DNA of 64,000 bases from Hormiphora californensis (lineage: Eukaryota > Animalia > Ctenophora), in NCBI GenBank assembly GCA_020137815.1, contig CM035354.1, positions 3,348,001 through 3,412,000 of the forward strand. The letters run 5' to 3'. The notes under the pieces are model-generated. The model saw only the letters and a program-made list of their open reading frames with translations, searched no databases and was not told where the DNA came from. The first letter of the stretch is position 1. Each line of letters opens with the position of its first letter. Both the position numbers and the translations under genes were made by a program. Shown one piece after another: positions 29,063 to 42,421 of this stretch.

Positions 29063-30279
29063 ATGAGATCTGTTCTGAGGAGCCTCGGGTCGAGATGTAC
29101 CACTTTGTGTACCACTGTACCTCCCATGCCATCGATCCAGGTACCCCTGGTGGTACAAGTACGGGGGAAGAAACAGAAGAGAGCGGACAAGTTTTACACC
29201 ATGGACACCCAGCTCAAAATTGGACTTCAGAATAATCCTTATCCTGATATTATAGACATACAGCAGGTATGAGATGACTTATTGAGACTGTCTCTTGTGT
29301 AGAAGAAAATGATTTAACTGCCAATTCGGGTACAGTTGGAACAAGGACGGGTGCCTCAGCTGAATTTCTACTTTCTAGGTTATCTGATCCTCTATTCTTT
29401 CTATCACAAACTTCATTTTCAGAGCAATAACGAGATGAGAGGGTACATGAACAACCTTCAAAACAGACTGTCTCTGGTGCGAATCCACACGAACCCAGCA
29501 GTCCTCGCTCAAATACAAATCAGAGTGGGCGTGGAATATCTTGTGGTAAGACGCGCATTCTCGTGCGTAATAAAAGCACAGCGGGTTGGTAGTCGCGGGA
29601 TCTTGTGACTTGTTTGAGGAGTCCTTGGTCGCCCCATTTCTTGTTGACATGTTTGAGTTTCACGGCGGACTCTGGGTGAACCACAGTTCCCTATCACACT
29701 ATCAGTGATAGTCTATTACTCTCTATCAGGTGACGGAGATATGTGATGTGGAGGTGAAACCTAACAAGCCTGTTATATTGGACTGTAGTTTGTATCCAGA
29801 ATATCTTGATGATGTTGCAGAGGCGATCAAACAAGGTAATTAAGATGGGATAGTAACTGACATGATATTGTTATTACATACTTGTAGTTTTTAAATTTTA
29901 GTCTAGTTATCGGTTATACATATACCAAAAGTAGATAATCAAATACCCTCCTCCTGCAGGATCACCCTACCAAGTACACCCCCATGGCAGTAACGGCCTC
30001 AAGCTGACCCCTCCCACTCTATCCCCTGCCCTGAAGAAACAACTGACATCCCAAGTTAAGGCCATGCTTCACGAGACGGAAAAAGATCTGTGGTCCGTCC
30101 GGAAGGACGTCCAAGAAGCTCTAAAAGTGTCCAGAATAGAACCAATGTTTAAAAAGAGTATTGCGAAGGGCTGTTTGGATTTGTGCTTCTTTTATAAGGA
30201 AGTTGCGAGGCGGATGGTGAAAAAGAAGCAACAAGAGTTAGTTGCTGAGTTTGAGAAACAGAAACACGGCTCAGGATGA
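29063..30279 (+). CDS. MRRF: Mitochondrial ribosome recycling factor-like; exons 29063-29266, 29423-29544, 29730-29835, 29960-30279
   Basis: Transit-peptide-like N-terminus; NLQNRLSLVRIHTNPAVLAQIQI, PEYLDDVAEAIK, PPTLSPALKKQLTSQVKAMLHETEKDLWSVRKDV and KKKQQEL follow the RRF helix pattern. Confidence 0.7.
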
Positions 30280-30840
30280 TAAGACAATGACATTTCCATG
30301 TCAGTATCATAACAGCTGCCCTTACTTACAAATGTAACCTATGATACTGACATAGGAACTACTGGCAGCAGGTCGTATTTGGTGGCCCAAGGTAGAATGA
30401 ACAATTGGTTTGGTTTATGTGTATGGTTGGTGTAGTTCCTGTGCCGACTCTAACTTATTTTTTATTTTTTATTTTATTTTTTTTTAAAAAATTCTTATTC
30501 ATCGGAATTCATCTGTCTACCTTGTTCATATAAACCACCTATCCGGCGGCGCCAGACCTCGTTTTGATAATGATTCCCAACCAACAGTGCCGTGGTCGGA
30601 TCGGGTCGGCACCTCCAAGATCTTGGAGCAGTTTTGCAGACACACACTACTGTCAGCAGTAAAGTAGGTTGCCGCGCCAACTCCTTGGTCCTTTCCTCAC
30701 AACACAGTCTTCGCGCGCTACATTCCTGTAGTTTCAAACACACTCACGACAAGGGATATAAACAGAACGTGATACGAATTTAAGTTGCTCGGAAATTACT
30801 ATCACACATAGACCCTCTCTTGTGATATGATGTCTCTGAA

Positions 30841-33800
30841 TCAGTGTCTGTTTCGGTGTTGGCGATGGGAATCGAAGGTGCCAATGGGGTTATGGGAGTC
30901 GTATGTCCCTGCATTTAGAGATGACAGAGATGCTGACCGGGATGATTTGGTCAGTTGGCCGGCCCGGGGTTGGTCTTTAGCGCTCCTTCGCCTGCCCCTG
31001 TCGGTTGGTACACGGGAGGAGGAGTCTCTTCTGCTGGAACCGGCGTTTAGGGATGCCATACTGCTTGCTCTGTGAACTGCCGGGAGAGAGGAATGTTAGA
31101 GCTACGGTAGAGGAATGTTAGAGTTTTAATTTGAAACACAATTAGCTATAGCACTGGCCACTGCCCCTACTTGAACACTATGTATTATATCCCCACGCCC
31201 CCATTTCACTCACTCTGTGGCTTCTTGTGATAGTCAGGAAATCGGGCATCCTTTTTAGGGGCATCACTAACCCTCTGTCCCTCTATAATATCATCTATAC
31301 CAAGTCCGGTATCCTGCTGTCCGTGATCTTTAAACCAGGGCTCCACTTTTTTACCCAGGTTTAGATAGGTGAACATCTGGGGGAGAGAGGGGGTGAATAT
31401 CTTACATGTTACATCTTGGGGAGAGAGGGGGTGAACATCTGGAGAGGGGGGGGGTGAATATCTGGGAGAGAGCGAGGGGATGAATATCTTACATGTTACA
31501 ATTATTATTACCTCGGGACGGGTTCGTTTTTCGGGTGAAGCAAGGAACTGTTGAAGTGATGCTCTTCGTTCATTAAAGACATCCTGACTATTCTTCCTCC
31601 GTGGGGCCGGGGGAGGTTTCATCAACTTTTTATACTGCTCAGCTACACTCTCATCCCGGACATCGGGCTCCCCATCTCGCACTCCCCTTCTCAGTTGACG
31701 ATCACGTAGTTTCGAGATCTTATCTTCACTCCCAGCACCCTGAGTGAGAGAGATTAGCTTTGCGTAGTGATTGACATTTAAAACACATCGAAAAAGAGAG
31801 AGAGAGATAGCGATAGAAAGACGGAGACAGAGATAGAGAAATAACATCTCTAACCTGTTGTTGAGGAGTTTGGCTTTGTTGTTGCATTGCTACAAGAGCC
31901 TTCATGTACTGAACAAGGACATTAGGGTCAACTGCCTCCAATCCCGGAATATCTGCACCCAGTGTTCTCATATACACCTGGAAGGGGGGGGGGTAATGGG
32001 AAACACAGACAAAACAGTTTTCAAACACCGGGAACCTAACAACTATTTTGTTAATCAAGTTTGACTACTGACCTCATTTCGAGATGGCGTTCTCTCGACA
32101 GAGGCACGTGTAGAGTCAGTAGATGATCGTCGTCTTCTCTCCTCTCGTCTCTCCTTCCCCTTTTCAGTCCTCTCAACCCTACTACTACGACGCCTCTCGT
32201 CCTTTCTTCTCTCCTCATCCCGCCTTCTTTCTTCCTCCCTCCTGTTCTCTTCTTCCCGCCGTCTCTCCTCTTCCCGCCTCTCCATCTGTTTCCTTCTCTC
32301 TTCCTCCTGGAATCGCTTGTCCTCTAATTCTCGTCTTTTCTCCTGCTCTCGGATTCTCTCTAACAGAAGATCTGTCTTCTTTCTATCTTCCTCCCTTCTT
32401 TTCTCCTCCTCTTTCCGCTCATCTCTTTCTCGTTTCCTCTCGTGTCTATCCCCCTTCAGCCGGGCCCTCACTCTCCCACCCCTCTTCTTCTCCCCTCTCT
32501 CCTCCTCCTCTCCAGCCATCTTTTTAAACCGCATGTCCCGTGCTCGGGCCAGGTCCAAAATACTGTCCCTCCTTACCCTTACTTCATTCGACACAATCGT
32601 CTTGGGAGGTTCAGGGGAGACTGGAGAGGTCCGTCCCTGGACTGCAATACCAAAAGCATCCATTAGATCCGGAGATGATCTCCCCGACTGGTGGACAACC
32701 AAACCAGTCGGGGATCCGATCTCGTCCTTAGAGAGTTGCCGTTGTACCCTCGGACGGGTGGATGGGGCTCCAAATCCAGTTGGAGGGGGTATATTGACCT
32801 TTAGATCTGCGGGTAATTCCAACATTTCTGGGGTGAAGGGCTTCTGTTCCACTCGAACATTAGCAAACATAGATTGATGGTATGTCGGATCATCAGCATC
32901 AGACATTTCTTTGGATCGTTTCTTTGATCTGGGCAGTCGAATCTTAGGTTTCTTGTTATCTTTCTCCCGTTTTTTCTCAACGACAACTTTTACAGGCGAC
33001 TCAGCAGATCTGTTCTTTTCTCTCTTCTTTTCTGGGACCATTCTAGGCTTAACTTTCTCAGGAACTTCTTTTGGAATATCTCTAATCACCTCCTTGATAG
33101 GTTCCGGTGAAGAATTCCTCTTTGCTCTGGAAGGCCTCTGCTTCCTAACAACTCCCCCTTCCTCAGGATCAGGAATGTTAAGCTGTTCTCTCCTCGCCCT
33201 TCTGGCTTCTTGTCTCTCAGCTCGTGCAATGAGTGAGTTCTTCTTTAGATCACTGTACATGGTCTGGTGCAGTGTGGGCTCTGAAATCTCGTCCCTATCC
33301 AACACTGGAGGAGATGCAACCACCTGGACTCCTCCCTGAGGCTTTCACCTCCTCTCCCAGGCCCGTCCTTGCTCCTTCATCGTAAATTCCAACACCCAGA
33401 TTCTTGACATGGTTCTTGTCCGTCTGTCCGGAGTAATGGACAACCGTCCCAATCGGTCCACTGATCTCCAAAGATGGACGTTTTTCGGGTTTCTTGAATA
33501 GCCCCTTTTTCTTTGGTGAGCTTTTCTTCTCTTTAGGTTTCTTAATTTCAACCGTCTTCTTAGTCTCAACTATCGTCTTCGTTTCCACGACTTTTTTGTT
33601 AGGTTTCGGCGATGATTCAGCCGGATACTGACGTACAATCGATGCATCAGTGTGAACCCGCTTCTGGGGTACAGAGTAAACAGGATCGGGATCGACAGGT
33701 TTAGGTTTCTCAATGACCGGAACCCCAGATGCCAGATTGGTGTTTCCCTTGACCCCTGCAGACAGGGGTGTCATGCCTCTAGGAATGCTGACCCTCCTTA

Positions 33801-35651
33801 TGTCATCTTCATCCACTTCAAGATCTAAGATAGAGGTGTAATCGAGAGTTCGACGTCGAGTGAACTCCAAATCAATATTTCTCTCAGTTTCACCGAACTC
33901 TATTTTCTCTGCTATAATTTCCCGTTTCACTGGTTTCTCCTTGACCGGCGATGGAGAAGATGAAGATGGTGGTGATGGAGGTGGTTTGGGTTTTTCAACA
34001 ACAAACGTTTTGGTGTCAAACTTACGAGAGCTACTGCTACTGCTGCTGCTTGAGCTTGAGCTACTTTCCGGTTCTGGAGTGGGTGCCTTCGGCGGAGGAG
34101 ATGCAACTACAGGCTCGGAAACCTTCGATGGTTTTTTAGAAGATTCTTTTGTGGATGATTTTGTAGAATCTTTATTTGATGTTGGAATATCTTTAACAGG
34201 AGGAGATTTCCTCTCTTCCTTTAGTGATGTATCTTTCGAAGATGATTTCGAAGAGTCCTTCGACATGAAGGATATCTTCGATTTTATAGACTCAATCGCT
34301 GAGAAAGACTTGGTTGGGTTCTTTTCCGATTTAGAACTAGGAACAGGAGTGGGAGGGGTAATATTTGCAGTTGGTGGAGAGGGGGACTTCCTAAAGGACA
34401 AGTTCAGTGACTCTGGTTCGGGTGTATCGAGCTCTAAAGGTGATACAGCTGTAATTAGACTCGCTGAAGGAGGCTCTGGTGTAGGTCCTGCTACAACTGT
34501 CGTGTCCGAGATCTGGGTGGGGAGGTCAGGGGTGATCGGCATAGCCAACTCTGCCTCGGTCCTCGATTTGAACTCAGATGCATCGGAGGAGAGGTCGGAC
34601 TTTTTTGAGGCGGTCGTTTTCTCTGAGATTTCCGACCGTTCTGAGCGAGACTCCGATCGTTTAGGTTTTGGTGGGGCAATGGAACTACGACTGCTCATCT
34701 CATCTTCAATCAGGTGACTGGGAGTGATGGTTCGCTCAGGGAGTGGAGGAGGGGTCGGAGAAACTCCCCAAACCAACTCCTTCCCGTCCAATGTACCAAC
34801 ATCACTTCCGGCAGGCTCTTGTTTCTGGATTACAGATTCGTTCTCATACCTGGAGAGATAACAGTGTTTGAAATTATTATTCTTACTGAGAAAAGTATAT
34901 TCTCACAATAAAGAAGTCCTTAAACTGTCCGTCCTAGAGCCTAATAAGTAATAACCCAATTATTGGGCCTTCAAAGAACACTCCAACTTCACAATTGTGA
35001 CGTTGGAGTGTTACAATTATTTCAAACTATAAAAATTTAAACGTACTTGGTAACGGATATAATAGTAGGAGGTTCTACAGCAGCAGCAGCTGGTTTGGAT
35101 TGATCTGTAGTACCCTCATCACTATCAGAATACTCGCTACTGCTATCACTGTCACTACTGCTACTGCTACTGCTGCTTGTGTAGGAAGTGTAGGAGGATG
35201 ATGTATAGGAGGATGATGAGGAGGCAGACCGCTCGAATACTTCGTCCTCAACCGCAAACGAGACACTTCGTTCAGATCTGTCTTCCGCACGTATCTAGAA
35301 AAGGGGCGAAATGACTGAATTATTAATCACGAACAATTTTATAACTGCTGAAAGCTGATATCAGTGAAAATATTGACTTCTAAAATCAATAAAAACACCC
35401 GGAACAAGCTATAACGAACCCGATCAATGGCAGACTGCCGGGCTACCCCACCACCCCTTGACGACGAGAGCTCCTCGTCCGCCACGATTTATAAAGTGCC
35501 TAGTGTACCAAATAGAAGACACAGTACACACAGTGGGATAAAATCAAAACAGTGAATACAAAAACTTACTCGGCTCACATATAGTGCAGTTATTTCAAGG
35601 CCTCTGATTGCCGATGGAGGAGGAATGGTGCCAAAACTACCTCTCAATCAT
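30841..35651 (-). CDS. Large low-complexity (Ser/Pro/Lys/Arg/Glu-rich) protein with CRIB-like motifs and a charged helical region; function unknown
   Basis: ORFs of 498 and 422 aa joined by a frameshift near 33330, plus spliced exons at ~35295-35046, ~31977-31854, ~31739-31512, ~31368-31214 and ~31076-30841; start is tentative. Confidence 0.7.
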
Positions 35652-36428
35652 AATTACTTCCGGGTGGGTTCCGTGCTGTGGATGGGTTATCGCAGCGGAA
35701 ATGTGATGACTGATAATACCCCGACGGGCGACGTCAGAGCTGAAAAATACTGGGCGGATTAAAAAGGTAGACCAGTTAAATCTTTTTTTTATTAAAATTA
35801 AAAGTTCCTTCAAACAAATGAAAACGAACTATATTTTGGGTATAATTGGTAAAGTTTGGGTGGGTAAAACAAAGGTTAATAATACGGTATAAGATAGAAG
35901 AGGCTAGAAAAAGTATTTAAGCACCTCCCTCTCCCATCACAACACTGTGCAATGATTGCGAGTGGGAGAGAGTTCAAACACTGATTATTTAGTAACAGCA
36001 CCTTGATGTCACTAAGATGACGTCATTAGCATGTCACTAAACTGTAATTTGTATGTACACAAATCGGTACACAAAACACGTGTAATACACACGAGTTATT
36101 CATAATAGAAATCCCTGCAAAGTAATACACACCACACACACAGCATTGATCTAATCTAGTGACTATAATTCCCACGTTATCACAACTATGGCGCGTGATG
36201 CATCACGCAGTCACGTGACGTCACACATGATGCATCACGCGTTGCCCACAATTCCTAGCTACATCATCAAAAATCCACATTGTATGCTTTAAACTCTACT
36301 AATTGTTCCTTTCTTACACACGATCATTCACAAACTCATTCAAAAGTTATTCATACTCACACACACGCTAATTCAAATACTGCATTAAACTGTAATACAA
36401 AGCAACACCATATAAGGGCATCACGTGA

Positions 36429-36989
36429 TCAGGCCCGTATCGTCGTATCTTCATCGTCATCATCATCATCTTCATCAACATTAACAACACCCTCCACATC
36501 TATCTCCCCTCCATCATCCTGCATTACAACTAGGCCGTCTAGTGGATCTTCCTCTTCCCCTACTTCATCCTCTCCGTCCTCAAGAGGGGGAGGAGGGTGC
36601 TGTCTTGAAACTGTCTCATACAGCACCTCCCCCTTCCGCTCTATCACGCTAGTGTTGATGAGGGTGGCATACCTGTAGAGAGACATGATGGGTGTTAGCA
36701 TAGTGTGTTTCAGGTTATAGATATCAGGTGTTTCAATCCCACACACTAACACAGAGATCTGCACACACTGAATTGACAGATTTTCACAAAATAACAGATT
36801 TTTGCAAATCCCGAATAATCTTAAACATATGATTCTTACTCGCACGTTGTATCGGACATGCACACACGCACACACGCAAGTCTAGACCAGGTTTTCGTAT
36901 CTAAACAAGCGTTATTATTGATGGTGTATTTGTGGGAGAGAAAGAGAAGAAAGAGATATAGAGCGCGAGAGAGAGAGAGAGAGAGAGAT

Positions 36990-37055
<66 letters not shown>

Positions 37056-38496
37056 TCTCTCTGCTCTCTCTCCTTATCGCTCTCTCTCTCTCTCTCTCGT
37101 CTCTACTCTCTCTTCTTCTCTCTCTCCTCTCTCTCTCTGCTCTCTCCCTGCCTTCTCTCTCTCTCGTCTTCTCTCGCTCTCGCTCCCGTCAGCGCGCGCC
37201 CTATTTTGCCCAACTACCCCCGTCTCCGTCTGAGTTGTTGTCCCCTATTTCTCCCTCCTCATCAGCATCGTCCAGTGGGATTATCAGCATATCCTCCGGG
37301 ATCAGCTCGTACTTCCTAACCCACCGAGTAAACCGGTGACACAGCATTGTCCTCATCTATCAGAAGGGGTTAGGGGATTAACAACGATATAATGAAATGT
37401 ACGAATTTAATAAATTGTCAGAAATTTTAGTTCTTTACTAGGAGTTGTAGAAAAGAATAAACTATTTGTTTACTGAAAATTAATATGCTTTCTAACCTCA
37501 AAATCCCAAAATATTTTCTTGTGATGGAAGAACGCATGTGAGAATATCCGGTAGACCCGTCTACAAGTACTGGGTAGTTTGTTGACACTAGTTTCCTTGA
37601 TATTCTGACGGCTCGGGAAGTACTTGAAGGAGTTTAGTATGGAAGCAGCACCATCTAGCGTGTGTCGAATGTAGTCGATAGCACAACACTCCTTAGGCTC
37701 TTTGTGTACCTGAAGAGATGGTATTATTAGTTCTTTCAGGGTCTTGGGCTATCCTTCCAATTATGTATGTAATACTGACTACCAGAACTGACAAATCCAG
37801 ACCCCGGTACAGATCCATGTCCCAGATCCCCCAGTTTCCCTCCTCTAGGCCCCAAATCACTTCCCCTTCTCCCCAGTCTCCAGGCCCCAGATCCCCCAGT
37901 CTCCAGCCCCCCCCCCAGTCCCGTGGCCCCAGTCGAGTCTCCAGTCACCCTTCCCCGATCCCCCTCAGTCCTCCCTCAACATTTCTATATACTGACCGCA
38001 CAAAGGAAGATCCAGCTAACAGTAGCAGTCATCTGGCTGCAAGTCTCCGCGTTACAAGCAGGCTTGTAGCAACACACACAGGTCATTCAACTGGGCACAA
38101 AACTGCCTCAAATGCTCATAATTCCAGACGTTTATATCAACTCCCTCGGGGGGCTCTAACATCCCATCAATATCCTTGAAGTCCCGTCTGATGCACTGCC
38201 TGATGTATTGTTCTATTGCTAGATTACCGTCCATGTCTTCAAACCTCTGGTCAGGCCACGCACAGAACTCCTGAGGAGAGGGGGGAGTGCTCTTAGCAGA
38301 GGAATATAATTGAGTTGAATTGATTGTTGAAACTAATATAAGGATCAAGTTTACTTGAAATACCAAGTATGGTGGATCGGTGGAATACTTTTCGATCAGC
38401 ATCCAGTATGACCAACTTAACTTAACCTCAATACCATTGTAAACCTACCATCGACTTGGTGCCTGGCAGTATCCTTCTTACTAGGGGATCCTCCAT
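36429..38496 (-). CDS. MOB4: MOB4/phocein; exons ~38496-38449, 38270-37996, 37708-37497, 37356-~37217 and a probable acidic last exon 36672-36429
   Basis: [122 protein letters not shown]; one frameshift near 38055. Confidence 0.93.
36960..37182. repeat. (AG)n followed by (CT)n microsatellite (self-complementary) in a MOB4 intron
   Basis: Directly visible. Confidence 0.9.
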
Positions 38497-38921
38497 CTTA
38501 AAAACTGTAGTGAACTAGTCTATCATACTCCTACAATTATACAGGATCGGGTTAGGTTCGATTGTCGAGAGAAAATAATACGAATACAATAATTACTCTC
38601 AATAGCAAATAACTAATGGAATATTATATTCACATTATAATGCACTGTACAAACACCCATAAAACAAGGGGACAACATTAGATCACTTTGATGTATCATT
38701 AGCTATGTGAGATTGATTGATCAACTAGTTTATGGAGCTATGTTAGTAAAAATGTGGTATGAAAAGATGCATAGTGAGTTGATTAAATAATTTAGCGTGT
38801 AAGTATAAAGTTAGAAGTAGGTATAACATCTACAATATTATGTAGGGCCTAAAATATACAAACACTCAAATATACATTCAGTAAAACACAATGATTACTC
38901 TGTTTGATAAGCAATTATTAG

Positions 38922-39030
38922 CAGGAACCGACCGAAACAAGTAAACAACCAATCAGAACTCGTTATTTAGGTCACGTGACTGGTTATCAGCCAATCAGCG
39001 ACCAGTATTTCCTGATTCGGTCGGTTCCTG
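38922..39030. mobile_element. 109-bp hAT-type MITE with 8-bp target-site duplication
   Basis: TIRs caggaaccgaccgaa / ttcggtcggttcctg, flanked on both sides by ATTATTAG (38914-38921 and 39031-39038). Confidence 0.88.
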
Positions 39031-39063
39031 ATTATTAGTCTCTCAAATAACACCTAGATTGTT

Positions 39064-42000
39064 CTAATTCAGAGTTTGAGAGCAGTCTATCTGAGACAGT
39101 ATTTCAGGATCGGTCCCGGGCCTTCCTCTAAGCTTCCCAGCCCACTGTGACAGCTTCTTGGGTCTTTCCCAGGGCGACTTGACACTGAAATGAAATTTAT
39201 AGAGTGAAAATTTGGAGAGTGTACTTGAAAATTACGGTCAAACTTCTTTAAAATTAATACTTATCTAACATCTTTGCTGCAGAGATGATCAAACCCCTTC
39301 TGTATGTTTTACCTTGATAATGAAAAGTGAGTTTTCCGCCCATTCACTGTTCAGATCGGCCGCCTTCAAGAAATATTCCAGGGCTTCGTCGTAGGTGGAT
39401 TGGGGTACACAGCCAAACAGGGTTACTGCTATTTTAGCCTCCCACCACTTGATACCAGATACCTAATGAGGGGGAGATTGTTACTTTAATTAGAGGAGAG
39501 ATTGTTATTTTAACTAGGGGAGAACAGGGCTGAAGGGGGGGGGTTCCAACCTATTTTTTTGTATTTTCTTGTACGGACCATACATAAAAGTATCCAAAAT
39601 TCCTGTTTTTTTCCATACAAACAATACAAAAAAGTACAAAAAACTACAAAAAAATAATGAAGGATGTGGGTGCGTGAAAAAAGTATAAATAATACATGTA
39701 CATGAACATGAACGGAACCCAGCTATACATAAACGGTAAGAAATTGCGATTCGGGGAAATTTCTCGCTTAGAAAATACGATTCGAGAAAATTTTCTCGGT
39801 AAGAAATTGCGATTCGGGGAAATTTCTCGCTTAGAAAATACGATTCGAGAAAATTTTCTCGGTAATAAATTGCGATTTGGAGAAATTTCTCGCTTAGAAA
39901 ATACGATTCGAGAAAATTTTCTCGGTAAGAAATTGCGATTCGAGGAAATTTCTCGCTTAGAAAATACGATTCGAGAAAATTTTCTCGGTAAGAAATTGCG
40001 ATTCGGGGAAATTTCTCGCTTAGAAAATACGATTCGAGAAAATTTTCTCGGTAAGAAATTGCGATTCGAGGAAATTTCTCGCTTAGAAAATACGATTCGA
40101 GAAAATTTTCTTGGTAAGAAATTGCGATTCGGGGAAATTTCTCGCTTAGAAAATACGATTCGAGAAAATTTTCTCGGTAAGAAATTGCGATTCGGGGAAA
40201 TTTCTCGCTTAGAAAATACGATTCGAGAAAATTTTCTCGGTAAGAAATTGCGATTCGGGGAAATTTCTCGCTTAGAAAATACGATTCGAGAAAATTTTCT
40301 CGGTAAGAAATTGCGATTCGGGGAAATTTATCGCTTAGAAAATACGATTCAAGAAAATTTTCTCGGTAAGAAATTGCTATTTGGAGAAATTTCTCGCTTA
40401 GAAAATACGATTCGAGAAAATTTTCTCGGTAAGAAATTGCGATTCGAGGAAATTTCTCGCTTAGAAAATACGATTCGAGAAAATTTTCTCGGTAAGAAAT
40501 TTGCGATTCGGGGAAATTTCTCGCTTAGAAAATACGATTCGGGAAAATTGTCTTGGTAAGAAATTGCGATTCGGGGAAATTTCTCGCTTAGAAAATACGA
40601 TTCGAGAAAATTTTCTCGGTAAGAAATTGCGATTCGGGGAAATTTCTCGCTTAGAAAATACGATTCGAGAAAATTTTCTCGGTAAGAAATTGCGATTCGG
40701 GGAAATTTCTCGCTTAGAAAATACGATTCGGGAAAATTTTTTCGGTAAGAAATTGCGATTCGGGGAAATTTCTCGCTTAGAAAATACGATTCGGGAAAAT
40801 TTTCTCGGTAAGAAATTGCGATTCGGGGAAATTTCTCTCGCGATTTTGGCATGCTACATATGTAAAATATGTATATATTTTGTGCTAAATTGCGTGAAAT
40901 AGCGTGGAAGAATGTTTAAAAACAGTAAAAGTTCGAACAATAATGGTAAATTACCATATAAAACTGTTTTTATTTTTTTGTATTTTTTTGTACTTTTTTG
41001 TATTTTTTTGTATTTTTTTGTATTTTTTTGTTTGAGGAAACCCGTGTTTTTTTCCGTACAAACGTACACGAAATAGGTTGGAACCCCCCCGGCTGAAGCT
41101 ATCTTATTCCAAAATCCAAGGGTCAGGGATCGAGATCAGTGGAAATCTTAATTTAAACAGAGTGGCAGAGTTGGGCAGAGTTGGACAGATCTGATACACC
41201 AAGCACCCTAAACTGCTTCAAATTACCTCAAAACAATATCGGCCCAGTAGGTGAAGGGCAGTTGAATTGTAAGGATCCAACTCTAGAGATCTCTTCACAT
41301 GTTTCTCAAACTCGATCCCTTTCGTCAACTTCATTTTGGTGTCATCATATTTACAGGTGTCTCCAAGGAGGATAGCGTACCAAAGATGGGATTTGCTGTT
41401 GTTGTCTCCCATATCTACTGCCTGAAACATGTGTGCTTGAATGATAAAGAGAGCTATGTTTTGCCTAGCTCGACCCTGTCTCACCGCAGGGTTTGAACAA
41501 AGCAAAAGTATGCCAAATTTCAAAATTTAATGAAATAAAGGACCATGTAATGGAGGTTTATAAAACTCCGCTCCTACCTCTTTCGCATATCCCACTGCCT
41601 CCGTTAGAATCTCCTTCGCAGACACACCCGCCCTAGACTTGTGTTTCCCGATCTCGAACATAACTCTGACCAGCCTCCACTTGAGTTGAGGGGATGCAGG
41701 GTGTTTGCCGCTCAACTCCTTCATCTCCCTCAAACTATCCCAGCAGAGAGCCTCGTCGTGCTTTATCTTGTCGTGCTTGTCATCCAACTCTCGGCACAGT
41801 GTGGCTATTTCTTTTGAGCATTGCATGTCATCACACTCTATATCAGGGCCTTGGTAGATTGAACTGGGAATAGTATGAGGTTTTAAAAGAATTAGGGCTC
41901 AAAGTTTGAAGTGAAACTCAGAGTTGTGAATAACATACAGTTTTAGTAACAATTACTAATTAGTAACAGTAAGTAATAATTATATAACGTTGGTAAACAC

Positions 42001-42421
42001 GTACCACTGAGAGGGGATGCTCTCCAGTGCCAATTGGAAATCATCATCTTCCTCCACGTCAGTAGAGCTACTAATATCAGCAGCTGCAGTAGGAGCTGCA
42101 GGGGGTGCAGGGAGACCAGCCGCAAGGGAGGCTCTCAAGGCTGCCATCTCCCTCTCAAGCCGCTTTATATCACACTGGGGATAAGGAGGAGGGGTGTTAA
42201 AAACTGGAACGACAATGGACTAGCTAGGGTCTAACAATCAGTAAAAAAGTTGCATATTTTTTGCTCACCACTAGACTCAACAGTCAACACACACTTTGAT
42301 CTCCCTAACTCACCCTAAGAAGGTAGAGCATGTAGGCGTTAAGAGAGAATCCCACCCCTCCTGCTATCATGAGACTGGTCATGCACGCCACCATAGTTTT
42401 AGTTGTACTGATTATACCCAT
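39064..42421 (-). CDS. Regulator of microtubule dynamics family protein (RMDN2/RMDN3-like: TM anchor, coiled coil, TPR-like domain); 6 exons
   Basis: PQLKWRLVR, SHLWYAILLG..KLTKGIEFEKHVKRSLELDPYNSTALHLLGRYCFE|VSGIKWWEAKIAVTLFGCVPQSTYDEALEYFLKA are hallmark RMDN sequences; N-terminal hydrophobic segment; last exon frameshifted. Confidence 0.85.
39536..41090. mobile_element. Non-autonomous DNA transposon with poly-G/poly-C termini, 8-bp TSD and an internal 63-bp tandem array
   Basis: GGCTGAAG|gggggggg-ttccaacctattt ... aaataggttggaa-ccccccc|GGCTGAAG. Confidence 0.85.
39735..40840. repeat. 63-bp tandem repeat, about 17.5 copies, each made of two related ~31-bp halves
   Basis: Unit ggtaagaaattgcgattcggggaaatttctcgcttagaaaatacgattcgagaaaattttctc. 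Confidence 0.95.

Noticed and set aside
30294-30358. Hairpin after the MRRF stop (ttccatgtcagtatcata...tatgatactgacataggaa) as a SECIS element or terminator
   Set aside because: There is no in-frame Sec codon context and no SECIS core; it is more likely a small inverted-repeat remnant.
39696-40902. CRISPR array or repeat-protein gene (GKKLRFGEISRLENTIRENFL ORFs)
   Set aside because: The units are contiguous with no unique spacers and no cas genes. The ORFs arise because 63 is divisible by three, are open on both strands, and lie inside a TIR element in an intron.
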